NCBI RefSeq assembly: GCF_004010195.1
Contig: NC_057719.1
Span: forward strand, 24,045,933 to 24,109,932
Source: Chiloscyllium plagiosum
Lineage: Eukaryota
Length of the DNA: 64,000 bases
Reading direction: 5' to 3'
In this document: in pieces, positions 39,416 to 50,434 of the stretch
Position numbering within the stretch: the stretch's first letter is position 1
Layout of the letters: each line of letters starts with the position of its first letter
The notes under the pieces: model-generated
Database searches by the model: none
Told to the model about the DNA's origin: nothing
The model's input: the letters and a program-made list of their open reading frames with translations, nothing else
Translations under genes and position numbers: made by a program

Positions 39416-41030
39416 CTAAATAATAATAATAAATCCCAACTTGAACTTTAGTGTTATCAGAATTAGAATTATCTTCAAAACAGTCATTTAACAATCTATT
39501 GACATCAAAGGCACATAGACACTCTTTAATAAAGTTTGCTACTGATGGGGAGAGCACACTCGCTTTTCACAGCAGTCAGCTGCTGTATTCTGAAATTTAA
39601 AAGTCCAGAATCGCAGACAACCACTTTGATGGCTGTTGTCAAATGGCAAGTACAAAAGGAAGGTGAGAGATTAGGGTGCCAGGAGGGTAGGGTTACAGAT
39701 GAGTAAGGGGACAGAGTGCCAGGTTTTGGATGGGGGTTGAGAGAAGAATAGTGGACAGGAAACCATATGGGTAGGGGCAGGATGCCAAGTGAGTGGGGTA
39801 TGGGTAGCCAAGTAAGTGATGCATTATTATGGGAGATCAGAGTAGGTGGGAGAAACAGGCCCATCAGGGGTCAGAGGAGGAGTGGACAAGGGCATATTCC
39901 ACAGGGTAAAGGAAATTTGGGACCTGATGGGTGAACAGCAGGTGGTCAAGTGTAGTGAGAGTGAAAAAGGGTGAATTTAGGGTCTTGAGGGGGTGAATGG
40001 GAACAAGTGCAAAACAGGAACGGAGGATCAGATCCAGTAGCGGAAATGTTGGGTCAGGTAATGGGAAGTGGTGGAGGTATGTAAATGGTTGAGGGGTGTG
40101 TGTCATAAAGTCATAGAGATGTACAACTCAAAGTCAGTTTCATGGTAGACCAAGTATTTAATAGTCTAACTTTTCCTGACCAACTATTTACTTAGTTTCA
40201 TTGGACTCTCTGAATTGTCAGATTTAAAAAGGATACTTCCGGAAGGATCCAGACATAGCAGAATTACCCAGATAATCTTCAATTTCCTGGGCAATTTCTG
40301 AGTCTGTTACAATGACAACGATGCAGGGACTCCATGTGTAACTCCCATCAATACTGAAATAACAACTAGTCTTTGGAAATTCCAAGCCAATAATTTCAGT
40401 GGTCACACCAATGACATGTTTTAAGAATGGTCTAATATCTTCATATATAAATGAAGCAAGCTAAAAATAGTAAATATAAATATCGCAGACATAAATAGAG
40501 AAGACAACAGGAATGCATGCTGTTTTTACACTCCAAATCATAGAATTGATGCCAGAGCCTAGACTTAGACAACAGAAAAAAATAGAAATAATTTGATACC
40601 TCATTTCAAATTAGATATGTGAAGTATATATTGGAGATTTAAATGATATTTGCAGGCAGGAATAATTAATCTACTTGTTAAAATAATTACAGACTCTATA
40701 AAGTAAAATGTGAATCTAATTTTCAGAATGGGATATAAAAGTTATGTTAGCTTTTTATACATTAAGTTGGAGGCTACATGTAAATTTGTAACAATATGTA
40801 TCAGTAACATGATTTGACTGGATAATTTCAAAAACTGAATGCTTTGCTGATTTAAACAAGATAGAATGAATTGTACACTACTTAGGAATTATGCTTCATG
40901 TATAGTTACAAAACAAACTCAAGCAAATTGGAAGAATATTACTCTTCAAATAGGCATATTAATACATCTAGTTACTCAGCTTGCACATAATTTTAAAATG
41001 CTTAAAAATTAAACTAGAGATAGATCTTAC

Positions 41031-41210
41031 ATTTGTTGTCATTATTCTAAACATTATTGGTAAGAACTTGTAGTATATCTGATCGCTTGAAATGACTTGT
41101 GGCAGACAGGAAAACGTCAACAATAGCTTTTCATGTATTCTCCATTTTAAAGAAGTGGCAGCTCTCTGTTCAGCTATTGAAAGTGCTGGAATCAGGTCAG
41201 GAACATGTAC
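41031..41210 (-). CDS. PPP4R4: PPP4R4 coding exon, 180 nt, phase 0-0
   Basis: VHVPDLIPALSIAEQRAATSLKWRIHEKLLLTFSCLPQVISSDQIYYKFLPIMFRIMTTN (within ORF 40968..41249). CAG acceptor, GTAAGA donor. Confidence 0.97.
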
Positions 41211-41308
41211 CTGGTAACAGAATTTCCAATTAAAATAAGATGGATACAAACACTTGAAAAAGCCAAAACGTTAAATGTGTACATTTAAAATGTCATTAAT
41301 TTGATACC

Positions 41309-41493
41309 GCTGGAAATGTGTTGCTGGAAAAGCGCAGCAGGTCAGGCAGCATCCAGGGAACAGGAGAATCGACGTTTCGGGCATAAGCCCTTCCTGAAGA
41401 AGGGCTTATTGCCCGAAACGTCGATTCTCCTGTTCCCTGGATGCTGCCTGACCTGCTGCGCTTTTCCAGCAACACATTTCCAGCTCTGATCTC
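41309..41493. mobile_element. palindromic Penelope-related short element with 15-bp TSD
   Basis: Arms 41309-41393 and 41399-41484, with one extra T. CATTAATTTGATACC at 41294-41308 and 41494-41508. Confidence 0.92.
41394..41422 (+). ncRNA. minimal type I hammerhead ribozyme motif, intact core
   Basis: CUGAAGA-A-GGGC(UUAUU)GCCC-GAAA-CG-UC. Confidence 0.75.
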
Positions 41494-41779
41494 CATTAAT
41501 TTGATACCTTCTATCTTGCCTAAGCGATTAATTTATTACACATACAATGATGTAGTACTTAATTTAGAAGCAAGACTGCCATTATAGCCAAGATAAACTC
41601 TGCAAACATACTTCAAAAATGCAATAATTTACTTTGTTTATATAGTGTCATGCTAGAATAGTAGTGAAGACTGAATTGTCACATTTTTCTAGTTAGTTCT
41701 AAATGGAATAGATTCAGAACAGATTTAACAGTTCAAAATCTGATATCCATGAGGCACAATGCGACATCAACAACAGCAG

Positions 41780-43680
41780 AATTCTATTTGACTGCAATTT
41801 TTAAATTAAGAATCCAGGGGATCCCTCACTCTATCATTACCACAATGCCAGAGGATCAACACTTGCTCAGTGAGGAGAGCAAAACCATATGCCTAAAAAT
41901 GAGGTGCTAAACTGGTAAACTGATAGGGCTACATGCATGCAACTCAGAAGTAGCATGCAAAAGCAGAGCAAACCAACCAAAAATTCATTAACCTGATTAA
42001 CGTTTTGGAACCCTGCTACATCCAGCTGTGAATAATGGTGAACAATTAAACAACTAACAGAAAAGGCAGTTCCACAAATATCTCTATCCTCCTCAATGAC
42101 AGGGGAGCCCGGCAGGTCAGTACAAAGGACAGCTGAAACATTTGCAACCATCTGCAGCCAGAGTTGTCAAATGGGTGATCGTTCTTATTCTCAGCCTGAG
42201 TTCCCCATCATCAGATTTGTCAATCTTTAGCAAATTCAATTTTCTTCCTTGAGACATCAAGAAATGATTGAAAGCACCAAAAACAGCAAAGCATAGGAAG
42301 CCTGACAATATTCCAGCAGGAGTACTGAAAACCTCTTGTCCAAAACCAGCAGCAACCGGAGACAAACTGTTCCTGTATAGCAACAACACTGGCAGCTACC
42401 TAGCATTGTGAGAATTGTCTAGACATTCCCATCCACAAAATGAAGGCAAATCCAACTATGACCAATTCACACCCCAACAATCTATTCCCAATTATTGGCA
42501 AATATTAGGCAACAGTGCTATCAAATGGCTCTTAAACAATTTGCTTATTGGTGCTCAGATTGGGTTCCTTCAGACAACTCAGCACTTGACCTCATCATAG
42601 CCTTGATCCTAACATAGACAATCTAGATTAATTCAAGAGTTGAGGTGAAAGTGACTGTCCTTGACAGCACTTGATTGAGTGTAGTGTCAAAGTCAAGCAA
42701 ATGCCAAATGGGAATCTGGAAAAAGTTCTTCATTGATTGGAGGCATACCTACCACAAAAGAAAATGGTTGTAAATATTGGAAGTGAATCAATCCAGTTGT
42801 AGGACATGGCTGCAGGTGCTCCTCAGCATAATGTCCTAGGCTCTTCCCTCCATCCTTGAGTCAGATGTGGGGATGTTTATTAGGGATTGCAGTGTTCAGT
42901 ACTCTGAATGACACTTCAGATATTGAAGCAGACAGTGTCCATCTGCAGCAAGGTTTGGACAACATTCACATTTTGATTTATGAGATGCAAGTAACATGCG
43001 AGAGACACAAGTATAATATCATCTCCAAGAAAACCTAACTATTTCTCCCCTGTTTCCCCCTCAATAGCGTTAGCATTGCTGAATCCATCCACATCATTCT
43101 GGAATTGATCATTAATCAGAAACTAACTGAACCATCAGTATAAATACTACAGCTACAAGAACATGTCAGAGGCTAGGAATTCTAACACACCTCCTGGCTC
43201 CAAAGTCTGTCCATAAGGCATAACTTATGTCTATGATGGAATATTTTCACTTGCATCATCCAGGATAAAGTTGCTTGCTTGATTGATACACAACTAGTGC
43301 ACAATGGCAACCATGTGTCCTTTGTATAGGACATGCTGCAACAACTAACCAAGCCTCCTCAAAAGTGTTCTGAGGAAGGGTCATTTGACCTAAAACCTTA
43401 ACTCTGATTTCTCTCCAAAGATGCTGCCAGCTGAGATCTTCCAGCAACTTCTGTTTTTGATTCTTCCTTCAAAAGCACTTTCCAAATTCACGACATTAAG
43501 CAGCATTCACAAGAACCCCCTCAAGTCACACATCACCCTGGCATGGAACTACATTGCTCTTATTTCACTGTTGCTTGGCACTCCCTCTCTTAACATAGTA
43601 GAATGTACCTACACCAGGTAGACTGTAGCAATTTAAGAAGAAAGCTCATCACCAACATCTAATGGATAATATCCACTGGC
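41780..43680 (+). mobile_element. degenerate LINE of the second CR1/L2-group family
   Basis: Remnants KA..PDNIPA.VLK, P.NY.PI and Q.GF. 3' end aagaagaaagctcatcaccaaca. Confidence 0.65.
43366..43462 (+). mobile_element. short repeat with decayed hammerhead inserted in a LINE
   Basis: ctgaggaagggtcatttgacctaaaaccttaactctg...gatgctgcc..ccagcaac. Confidence 0.65.
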
Positions 43681-44044
43681 TGCATATGTAAATTAGATTA
43701 TGTCAGAATTTTCTTTACATTATGGAAATGTTGCAACATTCTTATGAACTAACAATGTAATATTTTCAGTTTTACCCTGTTCGCTGCTTATTTACAGTAA
43801 ATAGCAGTAGATAAGCAGTTTTTCTACATTACTAATCTGTGCAAAAAGAATAATATTGAAAAATCAAAATTTAGGTGCAAGAACAAACAAAATCATTTTT
43901 ATGATTACACAAGTATTGTTTAGAAGCAAATTACTGTACTAAGTCACTGCACAGTAAATAATGTCCTAGACACATGAATTATTAACCTTGACAATCTTTG
44001 CATGTAATTGTAATATTGCTTTACAGGCAATAAGTGGATGATGA

Positions 44045-45425
44045 CTCAGAATCACAGTATTAGGGCAGGAGGAGATCATTCGGCCCATCACATCTGCAAC
44101 GGTTCTCCAAATGAGCATCAGTGACATTCTCTTGCCTTTTTTGCATGTCCTCGCATATTATTTCCATTTAAATGATGATCCAATGTCTCTTGAATGTACA
44201 ACTGAATTGCCTTCTAACATACTTCCAAGGCAGTGCATTCAGAACAAATCATTGAGCACAAAAGGTTTTTGCCCACATCATATTTGCTTTTTTTTGCAAA
44301 TGGCTTTAAATCTGTGACCTCTTGCTCTTGATTCTTTTCCAATGAGGAGCAAATTTGTGCTATGCTGTCCAGATTTTGAAAGCATTAAGCAGGTCCCCTC
44401 TTTGCCTCCTTCCTTCTAAGGGGAATGGTCCTAACCTTTCCAATATGTCCTCATAACTGAAATTTTGTATCCCTGGAAACATTCTTGCAAATCTCTTATG
44501 TACTCTCTCTCTAATGCTGTGGCACTCAAATGCACACAACTCTCCATCTAAGGTCTAACTAGTGCTGCGTACAAGTCCAGCACAATTTCTTTGCACTTAT
44601 ACTCTATGCTATTGTACTCTGATAAACCCCAGGATACACTTTATAAACTGCTCTCTGCACTTATCCTATCATCTTTATATATTCAGGTCCTCCTTCTTGC
44701 CTTTTAGAATCATTCCCCTTTTTATAAAATTGACATCCTATGTTATTCCTATCAAAATGCATCACCTTACAGTTCTCTGTATTGTATTTAGACCATATGA
44801 CATAGGACCAGAGGTAGGCCATTCAGCCCAGTGAGTCTGCTTCACAATTCAATGGGATCATGGTTTATCTGAAAATCCTCAACTTCACTTTCCTGCCTTT
44901 TCTCCCATAATCCTGGATTCCCTTACAGATTAAAAATCTGAATATCTTAGTTTTAAGTAACTTAAAGACCCTATCTCCATAGCCCTCTGGGGTAAAGAAT
45001 TCTCCAAATACACTATCCACAGAGAAGACGTTTCTTCTATTTTCTGTTTTCTGTTTTATATAGACCCTTACTCTGAAGTTATTGGACCCTATGGTGCTAG
45101 ACTCTCTCACAAAGGAAAACAATCTTTCTGCATCTTACCCTGTCAAGTCCGACAAGAATCGTGTAAATTTCAATAAGGTCACCTCTCATTCTTTAAAACT
45201 TCAATGATTAAAGATCCATGCTACTCAACTCCACCCACAGGATAGATTCTATCAGCATAGTAAATCTACTCCAGACTGCCAATATATCGTTTCTTAAAGA
45301 AGGGAACCAAACTCGTTCACAGTATTGCAGCTATGGTTGAGCACTGCCTTCTATAATTTAAGGGAAACCTCCCCTCCTTCTGAAATCAAGGTTAATGTTC
45401 CATTTGTCTTCCCTATTGCCCTGTC
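44045..45425 (-). mobile_element. two adjacent CR1 3' fragments
   Basis: Two reverse tails, at ~44050 and ~44790, each followed by decayed ORF2 C-terminus. Confidence 0.7.
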
Positions 45426-45430
45426 TTGCA

Positions 45431-48400
45431 GGCAACACGGTGGCTCAGTGGTTAGCACTGCTGCCCCACAGCACTAGAGACCCTGGTTCAATTCCACCCT
45501 TGGGTGACTGTGTGGAGTTTGCATATTCTCCCTGTCCCTGATGGGTTTCCTCTGGGTGCTCCAGCTTCCAGAGGGGGTTATTGAGAGGGGGGTAGTTACT
45601 CCACAGCCACATGAAGAAGGTGGATGGGTTACCATCAGGGGTAGGAAAGGGAACCGGCAGGAGGCGCAGGGATCTCCTGTAGTGGTTTCCCTCAACAACA
45701 AGTATACCACTGTTGGGGGATGACTTATCAGGGGTAAGCAATGGGACACAGGTCTCTGGCGTAGAGTCCGTCCCTGTTGTTCAGAGGAGAAGGGGGAAGA
45801 GGAGCAGAACTTCATTCATTGGGAACTCCACAGTTAGGGGGACAGATAGGTGGTTTTCTGGGAAGGAGAGAGACTCACGATTGGTGTGTTGACTCCCAGG
45901 TGCCAGGGTTCATGATGTCTCTGATCGTACTTTTGGGATCCTTGACAGGGAGGGGAAGCAGCCCCAAGTCATGGTCCACATTGGCACCAACGACATAGGT
46001 AAGAAGCAAGGTGGGGATCTCAGGCAGAAATTCCAGGAGCTAGGGTGGAAGCTTAGAGCGAGAACAAACCGAGTTGTTATCTCTGGTTTGTTGCCTGTGC
46101 CACGTGCTAGTGAAGCGAGGATCAGGGAGAGTGTGGAGCTGAACATGTGGCTGCAGGGATGGTGCAGGAGGGAGGGTTTTGGATTCTTGGATATTTGGAG
46201 CTCTTTCTGGGGAAGGTGGGATCTCTAAAAACAGGATTGTTTTCACCTGAACCAAAAGGGTACCAATATCCTGGGGGGTAAATTTGCTAATGGGGGGGGG
46301 GGGGTTTAAACTCATGCTGCAGGGGGATGCGAGAATGCCCGGCGTTCAGGATGTTGGTTTGAAATGTGTGTACTTCAATGCCAGGAGAATCTGGAATAAG
46401 GTGGGTGAACTTGCAATTTCAATGTTGTGGCCATTTCAGAGACATGGCTAGGGGAGAGACAGGACTGGTTGTTGCAGATTCTATCATTCAAATAGTTTAG
46501 ATGGGTCAGTTTTGTCAATGTGTGCAGGAGGGTTTTCTGACACAATATGTAGACAGGCCAACAAGGGCACTGCCATATTGGATTTGGTACGGGGGAATGA
46601 ACCCGGCCAGGTGTTAGTTTTGGAGGTAGGTGAGGACTGTGGCGATAGTGACCACAATTTGGTTATGTTTACATCAGCAATGGGCAGGGATAGGTATATA
46701 CCACAGAGAAAGAGGTATAACTGGGGGAAAGGCAATTATGATGCAATTAGGCAAGATTTAGGTTGCATAGGATGGGGAAGGAAACTGCAGGGGATGGATG
46801 CACTTGAAATGTAGAGCTTATTGAAATATCAGCTACTGCAGGTCCTGGATAAAAATATACCTATCAGGCAGAGAGGTAGTTATTGAGAGAGGGAGCCATG
46901 GTTTACTAAAGAAGTTCAAGCTCTTGTCAAGAGTAAGACAAAGGATTATGCGAGGATGAGGTGTGAAGGCTCAGTTAGAGGGCTTTGGAGTTATAAGTTA
47001 GCCAGAAAAGATCTAAACAGAGGGCTAAGAAGAGCCAAGCGAGGACATGAGAAGTTGTTGGTGGATAGGATCAAGGGAAATCCTAAGGCCTTCTATAGGT
47101 ATATCAGGAATAAAAGAATGACTAGAGTAAGATTAGGGCCAATCAAGGACAGTAGTGGGAAATTGTGTGTGGAATCTGAGGACATAGGGGAAGCGCTTAA
47201 TGAATATTTTTCATCAGTATTCACACTGGAAGAGGGCAATGTTAGTGAGAATACGGAGATACAGGCTACTAGATTAGATGGGATTGCGGTTGACAATTTT
47301 GGAAGATCTGAAAATAGATAAGACCCCTGAGCCAGATGGGATTTATCCTTGGATTCTCTGGGAATCCAGGAAAGAGATCACAGAACATTTGGTTTTGATC
47401 TTTATGTCATCATTGTCAACAGGAGTAGTGCCAGAAGACTGGAGGATAACAAATGTTGTTCCCTTATTTAAGAAGGCAAGTTAGGTCAACCTTGGTAATT
47501 ATAGGCCAGTGAGCCTTTCTTCGGTTGTGGGTAAGGTGTTGGAAAAGGTTATAAGAGATAGGATTTATAATCATTTGGAAAGGAATAATTTGGTTAGGGA
47601 TAGTCAACTTTGTTTTGTGAAGGATGGGTCGTGCCTCACAAACCTTATTGAGTTCTTCGAGATGGCGACAAAACAGGTGGATGAAGATAAAGCTGTTGAT
47701 GTGCTGTATATGGAATTCAATAAGGTATTTGATAAGGTTCCATATGGTCGGCTATTGCACAAAATACGGAGTTTCAGGATTGAAAGTGATAAAGCAGTTT
47801 GAATCAGAAATTGGCTAGGTGGTGGTTGATGGAAAATGTTCATCCTGGAGCTCAGTTACCAGTGTGCCATAAGGATCTGTTTTGGGATCACTGCTGTTTG
47901 TCATTTTTATAAATGATCTGGATGTGGGCGTAGAAGGATGGGTTAGTAAATCTGTGGATGACACTATGGTAGGCAGAGTTGTGGATAGTGCTGAAGCATG
48001 TTGTCGGTTACAGAGGAACATAGATAAGATGCAGAGCTGGGCTGAGTAGTTGCAAATAGTGTTTAACGTGGAAAAGTGTGAGGTAGTTCACTTCAGAAGA
48101 AGTAACAGGAATGCAGAGCACTGGGCTAATGGTAAAATTCTTGGCAGTGTAGATGAACAAAGAGACCTCAGTGTCCAGGTACATAAATCCCTGCAAGTTG
48201 CCACCCAGGTTGATAGGGTTGTTCAGAAGGCATATGGTGTGTTGGCGTTTATTGGTAGGGGGATTGTGTTTCAGAGCCACGAGGTCATGCTTCAGCTGTA
48301 CCAGACACTGGTAAGGCCATAAATGGTGTATTGCATACAGTTCTGGTCACTGCTTTATAGGAAGGATGTGGAAGCTTTGGAAAGGGTTCAGAGGAGGAGA

Positions 48401-49040
48401 TTTGGCTGGTATGGAAGGCAGGTCTTACGAGGAAAGGCTGAGGGAACCGAGGCTGTTTTTATTGGAGAAAAGAAGGTTGAGAGGTGACTTAATCAAAATG
48501 TATAAGATAATCAGAGGGTTAGATAGGGTGAACAGTCAGAGCCTTTTTCCTCGGATGATGATGGCTAACATGAAGGGACATAGCATTAAATTGAGAGGTA
48601 ATAGATTTAGGACAGACATCAGGGATAGTTTCTTTACTCAGACAGTATTGGGGGCGTGGAACAGCCTGCCTGCTACAGTAGTAGACTCGTTGCCGTTAAG
48701 AGCATTTAACTGGGCATTGGACATACATATGAATAATAATGGAACGGTGTAGGTTAGAGAGCATCAGATTAATTTCACAGGTTGGCGCAACATCGAGGGC
48801 CAAAGGGCCTGTACTGCGCTATAACGTTCTATGTTCTAAGTTCCTTCAATAACACAAAGATGTGCAGGTCATGTGGACTGAACTTGCTAAATTGTCCATA
48901 GTGTCCAAGGATAAGCAGGCGAGATGAGTTAGCCATTGGAAATGGAGGGTTACATGGATAGGGTGGGGAGGGTGGGTCTGGTTGGGATGCTCTTTGGAGG
49001 ATTGGTGTGGATTTGATGGGATGGAATGGCTAGAGTCCAC
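45431..49040 (+). mobile_element. HE1-type SINE split by a CR1 (halves 45431-45569 and ~48839-49040)
   Basis: Head ends gggtgctccagcttcc and the body resumes agttcc..caaagatgtgcagg, colinear with intact copies. Confidence 0.8.
45570..48838 (+). mobile_element. near full-length degenerate CR1 LINE with ORF1 esterase and internal deletions
   Basis: VHIGTNDIG, SDHN and EFNKVFDKVPYG motifs. Tail ttctatgttcta. Most of the endonuclease is missing at ~46483. Confidence 0.92.
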
Positions 49041-49772
49041 ATGTCGAGATTCTATTACCTGCTCAGCTTCAGTGAAGGCTGTGTGTGATTTATGCACAAG
49101 GACTCCTAGTTTCCAGCAATCATTTGTCATAGAAACATTCAGCTCCACTATTGTTCCCACCAAAGTGCACAAGCTCACACTTTCCCAAATTATTTTCCAT
49201 CTTTCAAACTTCTGTCCAGTCCCTTAGCCTATCCATTTCCCTCTGAAGAGTTTTGGTGTCGTTCACACCACTTGCTGTCCCACATATCATCTGCAAACTC
49301 GATGATAGTTCATTCATTTTCTTCCTAACTTTTGAGAATTAAAGTCAGATTCAGAGAATAACCTTTCAATCAGTTAAAATAGAACTTTTAAAGGAAGTAT
49401 CTGCCAGATGTCGCAGTTAGAATTTAAATACCTGAATTCCTTTGTTTGAATTAATTTTTGATCCCTGTATCTAAGTAGTGGCTCTAGGCATATCCATATA
49501 AGAAAGATTGTTGCTTTGCACAAAGCACAATTAGTGTGCAGATAAATTCAGCACAGTGAGACGAAAGTCGAGTGAGTATACTGCTGGAAATTCAACTAGG
49601 AAAATTTCATCGGCCATCTGTATGCCCACTCTGCCCAAAGTTTCAATGATCTTTTGCAGTTCTACACTGACCTCTGAAGGTTACAACCTTTCTAAGTATC
49701 ATTTCATCTGCAAACTTTGAAATTGTTCTTTATACACTATGATCTAGACCACTAATATACATTGCCCATAGT

Positions 49773-50090
49773 GGGCGGCATGATGGCTCAGTGGTTCGCA
49801 TTACTGGCTCACAGCGCCAGGGACCCGGGTTCGATTCCAGCCTCAGGTGACTGTCTGTGTGGAGTTTGCACATTCTTCCAGTGTCTGCATAGGTTTCCCA
49901 GAGTGCTCTAGTTTCTTCCCATAATCCGAAGATGTGCAGGTCAGGTGGATTGGCCAGGCTAATTTTTCCATAGTGTTAGGAGCATTAGTCAGAGGGAGAT
50001 GAGTCTGGGTGGGTTGCTCTTTGGTGGGTTGGTGTGGATTTGTTGGGCTGAAGGGCTTGTTCCCACACTGTAGGGAATCTAATCTAATCT
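49773..50090 (+). mobile_element. HE1-type SINE
   Basis: A and B boxes, core and (AATCT)3 tail. Confidence 0.9.
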
Positions 50091-50167
50091 AAATTAGTTT
50101 AAACATCATTTCTCCTTTTGAAATCCATGCTGGTCTTTCTAATCAACCCAATGTTTCCATATGACCA

Positions 50168-50343
50168 CAGAGGAACCTCGATTATCCAGTATTCGATTAT
50201 CCAAATTTTGGATATTCCGAACAAGATCGCAAGGTCCCGATGCTTGGCTAAACTGTGTTATCCAGCATTTGATTATCCGAATATTCAATTATCCGAACAA
50301 AATACTCCCTACCCAAGTCATTCGGATAATCAAGGTTCCTCTG
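50168..50343. mobile_element. pogo/Tigger-like MITE
   Basis: 20-bp TIRs cagaggaacctcgattatcc and ggataatcaaggttcctctg. Internal repeated GATTATCC motifs. Flanked by CA/CA rather than TA. Confidence 0.8.
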
Positions 50344-50434
50344 CACTAACTTTATTTAATTGTTTCAAGAATCTTCTCCACCACTGAAGTTAAAGTGACC
50401 AGTTTTTTTATTATTGGGCTTTTTCCTGCAATTT

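Noticed and set aside
21004..41496. Recurrent peptide MCCWKSAAGQAASREQ as a small protein family
   Set aside because: It is the translation of the palindromic non-coding repeat on both strands.
50168..50343. CRISPR-like array of GATTATCC repeats
   Set aside because: Short irregular motifs inside a TIR-bounded MITE in a vertebrate intron, with no cas genes.
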